NCBI GenBank assembly: GCA_050174915.1
Contig: JBFXJL010000002.1
Location: 325,553 to 389,552 of the forward strand
Direction of reading: 5' to 3'
Length of the DNA stretch: 64,000 bases
Origin: Elusimicrobiales bacterium
GTDB taxonomy: Bacteria; Elusimicrobiota; Elusimicrobia; Elusimicrobiales; UBA9959
Part shown: positions 51,470 to 64,000 of the stretch, piece by piece
Layout of the letters: the number at the start of each line of letters is the position of its first letter
Position numbering within the stretch: position 1 is the stretch's first letter
Translations under genes and position numbers: made by a program
The notes under the pieces: generated by a model
What the model was told of the DNA's origin: nothing
Databases searched by the model: none
What the model saw: the letters and a program-made list of their open reading frames with translations, nothing else

Positions 51470-54118
51470 ATGAAAAGCCACCAGATACGCAAGAGTTTCC
51501 TAGATTTTTTCGCCAGACAGGACCACCCTGTCGTTAAATCCAGCCCGCTGATCCCCGAGGGCGACCCCTCCCTGCTGTTCACCTCGGCCGGCATGGTGCA
51601 GTTCAAGCCCTACTACCTCGGCCTCAAGACCGACATGAAGCGGGCCGCTTCCTGCCAGAAATCTTTCCGCACCACCGACATAGACAATGTCGGCAAGACC
51701 ATACGACACCTGACCTTCTTCGAGATGCTCGGCAACTTCTCCTTCGGCGACTATTTCAAGAAGGAATCCATCGCCTGGGGCTGGGAATTTCTGACCAAGG
51801 ATATGGGGCTGGACCCCAAGCGCCTTTATCCGTCCATCTACAAGGGCGGCGTGGCCCCTCGCGACGCCGAGGCCCGCGGCATCTGGGAGGCTATCCTTCC
51901 CAAGGACATGCACTCCCATATCATAGAGCTGGGCGACAAGGATAATTTCTGGGCCATGGGCGACACCGGCCCGTCGGGCCCCTGCTCGGAGATCTACTGG
52001 GACCGCGGCGAGAAGTACGACCACAAGGGCTGTGAAGGCCCCGGCGCCTGCTCCTGCGACCGCTACATAGAGATCTGGAACCACGTGTTCACCCAGTTCG
52101 ACAAGCAGCCCGGCGGCGTGTACAACCCGCTGCCCAAGAAGAACATCGACACTGGCATGGGCCTGGAGCGCCTCACCTTCATCGTGGAAGGGAAAGAGTC
52201 GCCGTTCGAGACTTCGCTGTTCCACCCCGTTATCGAGGCCGCCCAGGACCTGCTCGGCACCGACTACCGCGCCTCCGGCGAGTCCGTCTCGGCCTACCGC
52301 ATCATCGCCGAGCATTTGCGCGCCTCGTCTTTCCTGATCTCAGAGGGCATCATCCCGTCCAACGAGGGCCGCGGCTACGTGCTGCGCCGCCTGATCCGCC
52401 GGGCCAGCCGCTACGGCCGCATCCTGGGCGCCAGGGACCCCTTCCTGCATAAGCTCACCCCGTCGGTCTTCTCCATCTTCAAAGGCGTCTACCCCGAGGT
52501 GGAGGCCGCCGCCAAACAGATCGGCGAAACGCTTAAATTCGAGGAGCAGGGCTTCATAGAAACGCTGGAGACCGGCGAGAAATTCCTCGCCGACCTGCAG
52601 GAGAAATACCCCGGCGGCATTCCCGGCGCCGAGGCCTTCAGCCTTTACGAGACCTACGGCTTTCCCTTCGAGCTGACCCGCGAGCTGGCCGCCAAGAAAG
52701 GCGTGGAAGTGGATGAAAAAGGTTTTAACGAGGCCCGCAAGGCCGCGCAGAGCGTGGCCAAGGCCGGCTGGAAAGATTCCGGCGAGAAGAACGCTTTCAT
52801 CTTCCAGACCGCCGAGGAGAAGCTGCCCGCCACCGTCTTCAAGGGCTACGAGACCACCGAGCACGACGCGGAGATAATCGCCCTGCTCGACGGCAAAGGC
52901 CACATGGCGGAGCGCCTGGAAGCCGGCGCGGAGGGCTACGCCGTGCTCGACGCCACGCCCTTCTACGCCCAGAGCGGCGGCCAGGCCGGCGACACCGGTT
53001 CGCTCGTCTTCGAAGGCTCCGAGCTGGCTTCGGTCACCGACACGCAGAAGCCGGTGGCGAAGGTCTACTTCCATTCCATCCGCGCCCATGCCGGCCTCAA
53101 GACCGGCATGCGGGTGAGCGCGCGCGTCTCCGGCGACAGGTTCCGCACGGCCTGCAACCATACCGCTACGCATGTGATCAACGCCGCCCTTAAACAGGTG
53201 TTCGGCGACACCACCCGCCAGGCCGGTTCCGAGGTGGACCCGGTCAGGTTCCGCTTCGACTATACCGTCACCCGGGCCCCGACCAAGGAAGAGATAGCCC
53301 GCATCGAGGACATAGCCAACGCCGCCGTGCGCGAGGATTACCTGGTCTCCAAGTCCCTGCGCCCGCTGGCCGACGCCGCAAAGTTCGGCGCCACCACGCT
53401 GCTGGGCGAGAAGTACGCCGACCCGGCGCGCTTCATCCTGATAAACCGCGGCGGTTTCGAAACGGCCAAGGAACGCTACAGCCTTGAGCTGTGCGGCGGC
53501 ACGCACATCGACCGCACCGGCGAGCTGCTGGTGATAAAGATACTCAAGGATTCTTCCGTCTCGCGCGGCGTGCGCCGCATAGAGGGCGTGGCCGGCCCGG
53601 CCGCCGTGGCCTATCTCAGCGGCCTGGCCCGCGTCACCGAGACGCTGGCCGCTAAACTTTCCGTGCCGCCGCAGGAAGTGGCGGCGCGCGTGGACCAGCT
53701 GCTCGAGAACCTCAAGGAACTCAAGAGCGGCAAGGCCAAGGCCGCCCCGGCCGCCGCGCCCAAGGACGGCAAAAAACTCCTGTCCGGCGGCATAGATGGT
53801 TCGGGCTCGAGCCTGGTGGCCTACGACGCCGGCGCCCTGGACATGAAGGACCTGCGCGGCTTCTCGGACGAGGTCAAGAAGGACCTGAAGTCCACCCTGC
53901 TGTTCATCTATTCCCGCTCGGCCGGCAAGTTCTCTTTCATCGTGACGCATACCGGCGACGTGCACGCCGACGCCTCGGCCATCGCCAAGGGCGTGGCCGC
54001 GGTGGTGAACGGTTCCGGCGGCGGCCGCAAGGATTTCGCACAGGGCGGCGGCGAGGTGCCGGCCGACATGAGCGCCTTCGAGGCCCAGCTGGTGGAGCTG
54101 GCCCGGAAGCACATATAG
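51470..54118 (+). CDS. alaS: Alanine--tRNA ligase
   Basis: 'FFEMLGNFSFGDYFK' and 'DNFWAMGDTGPSGPCSEIY' are present, along with the editing-domain motif 'HTATHVINAAL' and 'CGGTHI'. Confidence 0.95.
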   Translation: MKSHQIRKSFLDFFARQDHPVVKSSPLIPEGDPSLLFTSAGMVQFKPYYLGLKTDMKRAASCQKSFRTTDIDNVGKTIRHLTFFEMLGNFSFGDYFKKESIAWGWEFLTKDMGLDPKRLYPSIYKGGVAPRDAEARGIWEAILPKDMHSHIIELGDKDNFWAMGDTGPSGPCSEIYWDRGEKYDHKGCEGPGACSCDRYIEIWNHVFTQFDKQPGGVYNPLPKKNIDTGMGLERLTFIVEGKESPFETSLFHPVIEAAQDLLGTDYRASGESVSAYRIIAEHLRASSFLISEGIIPSNEGRGYVLRRLIRRASRYGRILGARDPFLHKLTPSVFSIFKGVYPEVEAAAKQIGETLKFEEQGFIETLETGEKFLADLQEKYPGGIPGAEAFSLYETYGFPFELTRELAAKKGVEVDEKGFNEARKAAQSVAKAGWKDSGEKNAFIFQTAEEKLPATVFKGYETTEHDAEIIALLDGKGHMAERLEAGAEGYAVLDATPFYAQSGGQAGDTGSLVFEGSELASVTDTQKPVAKVYFHSIRAHAGLKTGMRVSARVSGDRFRTACNHTATHVINAALKQVFGDTTRQAGSEVDPVRFRFDYTVTRAPTKEEIARIEDIANAAVREDYLVSKSLRPLADAAKFGATTLLGEKYADPARFILINRGGFETAKERYSLELCGGTHIDRTGELLVIKILKDSSVSRGVRRIEGVAGPAAVAYLSGLARVTETLAAKLSVPPQEVAARVDQLLENLKELKSGKAKAAPAAAPKDGKKLLSGGIDGSGSSLVAYDAGALDMKDLRGFSDEVKKDLKSTLLFIYSRSAGKFSFIVTHTGDVHADASAIAKGVAAVVNGSGGGRKDFAQGGGEVPADMSAFEAQLVELARKHI

Positions 54119-54151
54119 TTTAATTTGGCTATAATATAGGCTTGGTCTTGC

Positions 54152-54226
54152 GCGCCCGTAGTGAAATGGATATCACGGGAGCCTCCGAAGCTCTAAGTGC
54201 AGGTTCGATTCCTGCCGGGCGCACCA
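54152..54226 (+). tRNA. tRNA-Arg (anticodon CCG), with CCA encoded
   Basis: The hand-folded cloverleaf has acceptor gcgcccg/cgggcgc, D stem gtga/tcac, anticodon stem ggagc/gctct with loop ctCCGaa, and T arm gcagg-ttcgatt-cctgc. A TATAAT lies at 54130-54135. Confidence 0.85.
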
Positions 54227-54272
54227 GCTTTTCGCTTGTCCTTGGGGGGACGCGCCGCAGTTCCTGCCTATA

Positions 54273-55751
54273 ATGAATTTCGAAGAAGAAATAGCCCTGC
54301 TGATCAAATCCCGCTACCCGCTGCTGGTGGTGGACACTATCGACGAGGAATACGTGCTGCGCCAGCTGGGCGACGTGGCCGCGGCCCAGGGGCTGCAGTT
54401 CTACTCCTGGTCGCTCACCCAGGGCCTGCGGGTGGGTAAAAACCAAAACTCCTTCTACAAGACCAACGACGCCGTGGCCATGCTGCGCGTGGTAAACGAC
54501 CTGGTGGGCGACCCGCACGCCGCCGTGTTCGCCCTCTCCGATTTCGACCGCTACCTGGGCGACGCCGCCGCTTCGCGTTTCTTCAAGGACATCCTCAACC
54601 GCATCAAGGGCTCGCCAGCCACCGTGGTGCTGCTGGGCTCCGAGGGCAAGTTGCCGCCCGACATAGCCCCGCTGGCCGCCCGCATACAGGGCGGCTATCC
54701 CAACGAGCGCCAGATCCTCGACGAGGTCAACCGGGCCGTGGCGCAGTTCAAGCTGACCGCGGCCCACCTGCACGTGGACCTGCCGGGCGAGTCGCTGCGC
54801 CGCATGGTCAAGACTCTCAAGGGCCTGTCGCTGCAGCAGGTGCGCAACGCGCTCAACCTCTGCCTGCTCAAGGATCTCCGCTTCGACCACTCCGACATCA
54901 AGGAGATAGAGAAGTTCAAGAAGGCGGCCTTCGACCGCGAGGGCATCCTGGAGTACTTCGGCTCCGAGACCGAGACCGGCATAGCCGGATTCGACAACCT
55001 GAAGCGTTGGGTGCGCGACCGCCGCAACTCCTTCTTCTCCGACGGCCCGCTGCCGCCGCCCAAGGGCCTGCTGCTGCTGGGCGTGCAGGGCTGCGGCAAG
55101 TCGCTCGCCGCCAAGGTGATAGCCGGCGAGCTGGGCATCCCGCTCTACCGCTTGGACCTCACCCGCCTCTACTCCAAATATATCGGCGAGACAGAAGAGA
55201 ATTTGCGAAAGGCCCTGGCCACCGTGGAGCGGCTGGCCCCGGTCTGCCTGTGGATAGACGAGATCGAGAAGATCTTCGCCTCCTCCTCCGGCGACATCGA
55301 CGGCGGCGTGAGTAAGCGCGTGCTGGGCACCATGCTGACCTGGATGCAGGAGCGCAAGGACCGCTCCTTCATCGCCGCCACCTCCAACGACATCAACAAC
55401 CTGCCGGCCGAGCTGCTGCGCAAGGGCCGCTTCGACGAGATCTTCTTCGCCGACCTGCCCGACGCGGCCGGCCGCATGGAGATCGCCCGCATCCACCTGG
55501 CCAAGCGCGACCTGGCCCCGGCCGACTTCGACGTGGCCGCGCTGGCCAAGGCCAGCGAGGGCTTCAGCGGCGCCGAGATAGAGCAGGCCGTGATCTCGGC
55601 GCTCTACAGCGCCTCCGGCGCCAACGAGAAAATTTCCACCCGGCACGTGCTCGAGCAGCTGCGGCTCACGCGCCCGCTCTCCGTCATCAAGGCCGAGGCC
55701 GTGGACTTCATCCGCGGCTGGGCCCGCGAGCGCAACATCCTCCCGGTCTGA
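54273..55751 (+). CDS. AAA+ ATPase, Ycf46-like
   Basis: Walker A is 'GVQGCGKS' and Walker B is 'LWIDEIEK'. The ~230-aa N-terminal domain begins 'LIKSRYPLLVVDTIDEE', which resembles the Ycf46 family as I recall it. Confidence 0.7.
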   Translation: MNFEEEIALLIKSRYPLLVVDTIDEEYVLRQLGDVAAAQGLQFYSWSLTQGLRVGKNQNSFYKTNDAVAMLRVVNDLVGDPHAAVFALSDFDRYLGDAAASRFFKDILNRIKGSPATVVLLGSEGKLPPDIAPLAARIQGGYPNERQILDEVNRAVAQFKLTAAHLHVDLPGESLRRMVKTLKGLSLQQVRNALNLCLLKDLRFDHSDIKEIEKFKKAAFDREGILEYFGSETETGIAGFDNLKRWVRDRRNSFFSDGPLPPPKGLLLLGVQGCGKSLAAKVIAGELGIPLYRLDLTRLYSKYIGETEENLRKALATVERLAPVCLWIDEIEKIFASSSGDIDGGVSKRVLGTMLTWMQERKDRSFIAATSNDINNLPAELLRKGRFDEIFFADLPDAAGRMEIARIHLAKRDLAPADFDVAALAKASEGFSGAEIEQAVISALYSASGANEKISTRHVLEQLRLTRPLSVIKAEAVDFIRGWARERNILPV

Positions 55752-55778
55752 CAGCCATCGCCGGGAAAGGCATGGTTC

Positions 55779-57680
55779 ATGACCACTAAAACCGAAAAAA
55801 AAGAACGCAGGAAAAAGATGGAGGATTTCTTCCGCCTCTTCTGGCTGCCGCTGGCGCTTAGCGTGATCGGTTCCTCTTTCCTGGACATGGCGCTGGCCGC
55901 GTTCGGGGTTCCCGGTTCCTCCGCCAGGTTCGGCCACGATTTGAGCGGGCTCAAGTTGGGCTATTCCACCGGCCTGATGTTCCTGCTGGTCTACCTCTGG
56001 GGCCGGCCCGCCTTCAAATACGCCGACAGGCCCGACGAAAAATTGCGCGATCAGATGCGCGGCCGCATCGCCAACATGTACCGCGACGCCTTCATAATGC
56101 TGGCCGCCGTGCAGGCGGTTTCCCTGGCGCTTCTGGCGATCGGCCCCGGCAGGCTGACCTGGGCGGAACTTACCGCCGTGGCTTTGTCCCTGCTGGCGCA
56201 GGCCGCGCTGCTGGTGGTCTACATAGATTCCGGCCTGGCCAAGCAACGGGGCCTGATGGAGCTTCTCTATTCTCCGGAGGAGTTGGTCCGCGCCAAGGGC
56301 GGTTTCACCATTCCCGTGTATATCAAAGTTTCCATGCTGGTCGTGGCTTTCGCGATAGTCCCGTTCGTGCTGGTCTGGACGGCTTCCTACAACCAGGTGC
56401 CGTGGAAGATCCTGTCCGGCAGGCTGCTGATGATGCTCCTGATGTCCGGCATAGCGCTGCTGCACGGTGTGAACAACATATACACCGGCATACAAATTCC
56501 GCTGGACGGCCTGATAGCCAGGATGCGCAGGGTCTCCTCGGGGGACTACTCCAAAACCCGTATTTTCTTTTCCGACGAGGTGGCCCGCCTGAAGGCCGGC
56601 TTCAACGAGATGGTGGACGGGCTGCGGGAACGCGAGGAAAAATTAGACGGGGCGCTGCGCAAGAACGCGGCCCTGGAGAGCGAGCTGGCGGTGGCCAGGG
56701 CCACCGCGGACCTGGCCGCCCAGGTGGCGCACGACATCCGCTCCCCGCTGGCCTCGCTGGCCGCGGCCGCGCGGGGCCTGGAGATGCCGGATGAGCAGCG
56801 CGTTCTGGTGCAGACTTCCGTGGCGCGCATGCAGGGGATAGCGGACGACTTGCTGCGGCGCTACAGGGCCCCGGACCCGGCATTGCCGGCCCGGGGGCCG
56901 TGCCTCCTCGCCGCCGCTATAGAGGCGGTGATGGGGGAAAAGCGGCTGCAGTACTCCGGCCGGAAAGGGCTCAGCCTCTCGTTCGTCGCCGGGTTCGACG
57001 CCGAGGCGGATATCGCAGCGGGAGAACTGCAGCGGGTGGTCTCCAACCTGGTCAACAACTCCGTGGAGGCCCTGGCCGGCGGCGGTTCGGTGGAAGTTGC
57101 GCTGCGCCGGGCCGGGGAGAAAGCCGAGATCGAGGTGCGGGACGACGGGCCCGGAATGCCGCCAGAACTGCTGGAAAAGTTGGGGACGAAAGGTTTCACC
57201 AGCGGCAAGGCCGGCGGCACGGGGCTGGGGCTTTATCATGCCCGCGCCGCGGCGGAGGCCTGGGGCGGCTCGCTGGAAATAACTTCCAGCCCCGGCACGG
57301 GCACCGTGGTGCGGCTGGCGCTGCCGGCCCGCCCGGCGGCGGCGCGGCGAAATCCGGCCCGGGCCGCGCTGCTCGACGACGACCTGCTGGTGCATATGAA
57401 CTGGCGGCTGGCCGCGCGCAGCGCGGGGGTGGAGCTGCTCTCTTTTAAAAAGCCGGAAGAGCTGCTGGCCGCCGCGCCCGGCCTGGCCGGGGACACGCCC
57501 TTGTACATAGATTCCGATCTGGGCGCCGGCGGCAGGGGGGAAGACGTAGCCGCGGCGCTCAAGGAACTGGGTTTCAGCGATATCACGATGGCCACGGGCC
57601 ACGCCCCGGGGCGCTTTGCCGCCCTGCCGTGGCTGAAAGTGGCCGGCAAGGAGCCGCCTTTCACTCCCGCCGGCCGCTGA
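55779..57680 (+). CDS. Membrane hybrid sensor histidine kinase (multi-TM sensor, HAMP, HisKA, HATPase and a receiver-like C-terminus)
   Basis: The H-box 'VAHDIRSPLASL' and 'GTGLGLYHA' are present. The C-terminus has 'ALLDDDLL...LYIDSDL...TMATGH' receiver-like motifs. Confidence 0.75.
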   Translation: MTTKTEKKERRKKMEDFFRLFWLPLALSVIGSSFLDMALAAFGVPGSSARFGHDLSGLKLGYSTGLMFLLVYLWGRPAFKYADRPDEKLRDQMRGRIANMYRDAFIMLAAVQAVSLALLAIGPGRLTWAELTAVALSLLAQAALLVVYIDSGLAKQRGLMELLYSPEELVRAKGGFTIPVYIKVSMLVVAFAIVPFVLVWTASYNQVPWKILSGRLLMMLLMSGIALLHGVNNIYTGIQIPLDGLIARMRRVSSGDYSKTRIFFSDEVARLKAGFNEMVDGLREREEKLDGALRKNAALESELAVARATADLAAQVAHDIRSPLASLAAAARGLEMPDEQRVLVQTSVARMQGIADDLLRRYRAPDPALPARGPCLLAAAIEAVMGEKRLQYSGRKGLSLSFVAGFDAEADIAAGELQRVVSNLVNNSVEALAGGGSVEVALRRAGEKAEIEVRDDGPGMPPELLEKLGTKGFTSGKAGGTGLGLYHARAAAEAWGGSLEITSSPGTGTVVRLALPARPAAARRNPARAALLDDDLLVHMNWRLAARSAGVELLSFKKPEELLAAAPGLAGDTPLYIDSDLGAGGRGEDVAAALKELGFSDITMATGHAPGRFAALPWLKVAGKEPPFTPAGR

Positions 57681-57695
57681 CCCGGCAGCGCCAAT

Positions 57696-57728
57696 AAAAA
57701 GCCCCGGCACTCGCCGGGGCTTTTTTTT
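57696..57728. terminator. Bidirectional rho-independent terminator
   Basis: The stem gccccggc / gccggggc is flanked by A5 and T8, between the convergent kinase gene and icd. Confidence 0.8.
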
Positions 57729-57741
57729 ACGTCTGGCTGAC

Positions 57742-61576
<3,835 letters not shown>

Positions 61577-61598
61577 GCGGAAAAGGTATAATTTAGTC

Positions 61599-61994
61599 AT
61601 GCAGATCACGCTGGAAGTTGATTACGCGGTACGCTGCCTGGTCTACCTCAAGGACCACCGGGACGGCGTCTGTGTGCTGGGCGACATTTCCAAGGGGACC
61701 CGCATTCCGGCCGCCTTCCTCTCCAAGATACTGCAGAAGATGATCAAGCGCGGCCTGGTCAAATCCGCCAAGGGCAAGAACGGCGGTTTCGCGCTGGCCA
61801 AAGACCCCGCCGGGATCAGCATCTACAATATTATGCAGGCCGTCTGCGGCTCCGACACCGTGATGAAGGTGGTCTGCTTTAAGAGGAAGGATCCTTGTTC
61901 TTTCCTGAAAACCTGCAAGATACACCCGATCTGGCTCAACCTGTGCAAACTCGTCCATAATGAACTGGACTCCAGGAAACTTTCCCAGCTGTAA
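61599..61994 (+). CDS. Rrf2-family transcriptional regulator
   Basis: 'EVDYAVRCLVYL' and the HTH 'ISKGTRIPAAFLSKILQKMIKRGLVKSAKGKNGGFALA' are present. The start was re-set to the ATG at 61599. Confidence 0.8.
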   Translation: MQITLEVDYAVRCLVYLKDHRDGVCVLGDISKGTRIPAAFLSKILQKMIKRGLVKSAKGKNGGFALAKDPAGISIYNIMQAVCGSDTVMKVVCFKRKDPCSFLKTCKIHPIWLNLCKLVHNELDSRKLSQL

Positions 61995-62031
61995 CCCCCG
62001 CCCGTTCTCCCCATTATTGTAAAATCTCAAG

Positions 62032-62934
62032 GTGACAGTAAGAGCTGCCTGCGCCTGCGGCGCCATCTACGACCTCAAGGACGAGTACGCCGGCCAGCGG
62101 CTGGCCTGCCCCCGCTGCGGCGCCGCCGTGGAGGCGCCCGCCCTGCCGCCCCCGCCGCCGGTGCGCCAGCAGGAGGGGGACCCCGTCTTCGCGCGGGACC
62201 TGTTCCTGCTCGACCAGCGCCACCTGGCGGTGGACGAAAAATATTCCATCACCGACGGCGAGGGCTCGCAGCTGCTGTTCGCCGAGCGCCCGGCCGGCAC
62301 CATCATCAAATCCCTTGCCGTAGTCGGCGGTCTCTTCGCCGGCGTGCTCAACTTTTTCCTGGGCCTGCTGCTGCTGGGGCTGGCCAAGCAGGCCGGCCTG
62401 CCCTTCCCGGTGCTGCTCGCGCTAGCGGTCTGGATACGCTACGGCTCGTTTTTTGTCGTAGTGGTAGCGGCCATGGCCCTGTACCCCAAGCGCCATATCA
62501 CGGTGTACCGCGACGATAACCGCAAAGAGATCGTGCTGACCGTCACGCAGGACCGCAGGGTGCAGCTGCTGACGGCGCTCTACACCGTGCACGGCGCCGA
62601 CGGCGCCCCGCTGGCCAAGCTCTACAAGAAGCGGCTGCGCAACGTCTTCCGCAAGCGCTGGTACTGCGCCTCGCTCTCCGGGGAGCTGCTCTTCATGGCG
62701 CGCGAGGACTCGCTGATACTATCCATACTGCGGCGCTTCCTGCTGGGCTTCTTCGGCCTGCTGCGCACCAACTACGTCATCTTCGGGCGCTCCGGAGTGG
62801 CCGGCGAATTCAACCGCCGCTTCACCATGCTCGATCGCTACGTGCTCGACCTGTCGGCCGACCGGCTGCGCTCCATAGACCGCCGCCACGCGCTGGCGCT
62901 GGGCATACTGCTCGACACCGGGGAGGGCCGTTGA
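62032..62934 (+). CDS. N-terminal zinc-ribbon, TM segment and scramblase/LURP-one-like (tubby-like) C-terminal domain protein
   Basis: 'CACGAIYDLKDEYAGQRLACPRCG' is a CxC...CxxC zinc-ribbon. Hydrophobic helices lie at about aa 90-150. The C-terminal pattern 'TVYRDDNRKEIVLTV..LYTVHGADGAPLAKLYKK...REDSLILSILRRF' is scramblase/LOR-like, but that call is tentative. The start is a GTG. Confidence 0.55.
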   Translation: MTVRAACACGAIYDLKDEYAGQRLACPRCGAAVEAPALPPPPPVRQQEGDPVFARDLFLLDQRHLAVDEKYSITDGEGSQLLFAERPAGTIIKSLAVVGGLFAGVLNFFLGLLLLGLAKQAGLPFPVLLALAVWIRYGSFFVVVVAAMALYPKRHITVYRDDNRKEIVLTVTQDRRVQLLTALYTVHGADGAPLAKLYKKRLRNVFRKRWYCASLSGELLFMAREDSLILSILRRFLLGFFGLLRTNYVIFGRSGVAGEFNRRFTMLDRYVLDLSADRLRSIDRRHALALGILLDTGEGR

Positions 62935-63611
62935 TGGCCGAGCCGCTGCGCAAGATCACCTCCGACATGCTGGCGGCCGATCCCTTCCGGCCGGGCCCTG
63001 TCGATTTCGAAGAGGGCATGTCGGCCGCGCCCCGCTTTGCGCTGGCGCTGATCGCCGTAAATGTGGCAGTCTTCTTCTGGGAACTGCAGGTGGGCGCGCT
63101 CAAGAGCCGCGAGGCCATCATAGCCGCCGGCGCCGTGTACGGCGAGCGGGTGATGGCCGGCGAGAGCTGGCTCCTGGGCACGGGCATGTTCATGCACGCC
63201 GGTTTTGGCCACCTGATCGGCAACTGCTTCGTGCTCTATATACTGGGCCTGGCAGCCGAGCGCGCCTGGGGCCGCGGCCGCGCGCTGTTCATCTATATGC
63301 TCAGCGGCCTCGCCGCCTCTTTCGCCACCGCTTTCCTGCAGCCTAAGCCCTCGGTGGGCGCCTCGGGCGCCATCTTCGGCCTGATGGGGGCCGTGGTGGT
63401 GTTCTTCTGGCGCTACGGCGGCGCCCTGCAGGCCCGCGACCGCCGCATAGGGGTGGTGCTGCTGGCCTGGGGCGTGCTCCAGATCCTGCTGGGGGCCATG
63501 ACCCCCTACGTGGACAATTGTGCCCACATAGGCGGCGCCCTGGCCGGCGCCATGCTGGCCCTGCTGGTGCCGGCCGCCCTCTTCGAGCGGAAAGCCTCAG
63601 TTAAGCCCTAG
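62931..63611 (+). CDS. Rhomboid-family intramembrane serine protease
   Basis: 'GASGAIFGLMGA' carries the catalytic Ser and 'AHIGGALAG' the catalytic His. 'HAGFGHLIGN' is also present. The start overlaps the upstream stop by 4 nt. Confidence 0.85.
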   Translation: MMAEPLRKITSDMLAADPFRPGPVDFEEGMSAAPRFALALIAVNVAVFFWELQVGALKSREAIIAAGAVYGERVMAGESWLLGTGMFMHAGFGHLIGNCFVLYILGLAAERAWGRGRALFIYMLSGLAASFATAFLQPKPSVGASGAIFGLMGAVVVFFWRYGGALQARDRRIGVVLLAWGVLQILLGAMTPYVDNCAHIGGALAGAMLALLVPAALFERKASVKP

Positions 63612-63893
63612 CGAAGCCGAGCGCAGCTTGCTCACCCACAGCGCTATCTCCACCAGGTCCAGATCGCCTATTTCCGGAAAGGCGGCGGCCGCCTCCAGAG
63701 CGCGCACGGTGGCCCCCTTGCCCTCGAAGCGTATGAGCGCTATGGCGGCGCGGCCGTAGCGCACCTCGTAGGCCGGCGCCCCGCCGCGGTAGAAATCAGG
63801 CCAGCGGAAAGAGCGGTAGATGTAAGCGGTCAGCGCCCCCGTCCGGCGCGCCTGGTAGCCCTCCGGTATCCATTCCTTTACCGTCCATTTCAT
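63597..63893 (-). CDS. Hypothetical 98-aa protein
   Basis: The SD 'gggagg' lies 5-6 nt upstream of the ATG on the minus strand. No recognisable motif was found. Its 3' end overlaps the rhomboid gene by 15 nt in convergent orientation. Confidence 0.45.
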   Translation of the reverse strand: MKWTVKEWIPEGYQARRTGALTAYIYRSFRWPDFYRGGAPAYEVRYGRAAIALIRFEGKGATVRALEAAAAFPEIGDLDLVEIALWVSKLRSASLGLN

Positions 63894-64000
63894 AAAGCCT
63901 CCCTTACCCTTGTCCCGCTAATAGCATAGCAGGTCAACCCGACAAGGGCCTGTCGGGTTGATTTATTCTCCGCGGCGGCCCTCTTTTTTATAGAATTAAT

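Noticed and set aside
54269-54274. TATAAT as a leaderless-type -10 for the AAA+ ATPase gene
   Set aside because: The hexamer overlaps the ATG itself, so it does not fit the 6-8 nt pattern seen at the other genes. I left it out of the leaderless list.
52340-56495. 590-aa and 788-aa minus-strand ORFs opposite alaS and opposite the AAA+/kinase genes
   Set aside because: Both are shadow ORFs. The second also runs through the tRNA-Arg gene.
63935-63962. A 10-bp perfect hairpin caacccgaca-agggcc-tgtcgggttg as a terminator
   Set aside because: No clear U-tract follows on either strand, and no gene ends next to it within the window. Its function cannot be assigned from here.

Overview
This is a high-GC, densely coding bacterial chromosomal segment. 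The organism looks diderm: SurA/PrsA-type PPIases, an outer-membrane (OM) beta-barrel, PBP1A, Ddl and Alr are all present. I found no rRNA, CRISPR array, transposase or integrase. All calls rest on the ORF track, motifs I recognise by eye and manual inspection of the nucleotides; no database search was possible.

Most of the window is housekeeping:
- mnmA, ddl, pdxA, alr, mfd, alaS, tilS, sppA and monomeric icd.
- A tmRNA at 34844-35194 and a tRNA-Arg(CCG) at 54152-54226.
- A phosphate-homeostasis neighbourhood: a Na/Pi-PhoU transporter, phoB/phoR-like genes and DUF47-pit. Three of its promoter regions carry the same TTTACA direct repeats at 11-bp spacing.

The stand-out is the co-directional block at 5-18105. 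It contains:
- a >=2818-aa surface protein with an FN3 domain and a FlgD-Ig/type IX secretion system (T9SS)-like C-terminal domain;
- an OM beta-barrel fused to TPR repeats;
- a signal-peptide- and TM-anchored FliG-like protein fused to TPR;
- an 809-aa proline-rich coiled-coil protein with 11-residue repeats;
- flbD-motA-motB and a lipoprotein.

No other flagellar structural or export gene occurs in the 64 kb. I interpret this block as a candidate non-flagellar stator/rotor apparatus coupled to a giant adhesin. That is a hypothesis only.

Other observations:
- A ~90-nt GC-rich palindromic repeat family has 4 copies. Two 92-nt copies differ at 3 positions and lie inverted 18.7 kb apart.
- -10 hexamers sit 6-8 nt upstream of start codons at about 10 genes, which suggests leaderless mRNAs.
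- The tmRNA tag has an unusual C-terminus.
- Many long antisense or alternate-frame ORFs in the track are high-GC shadow ORFs and were rejected.
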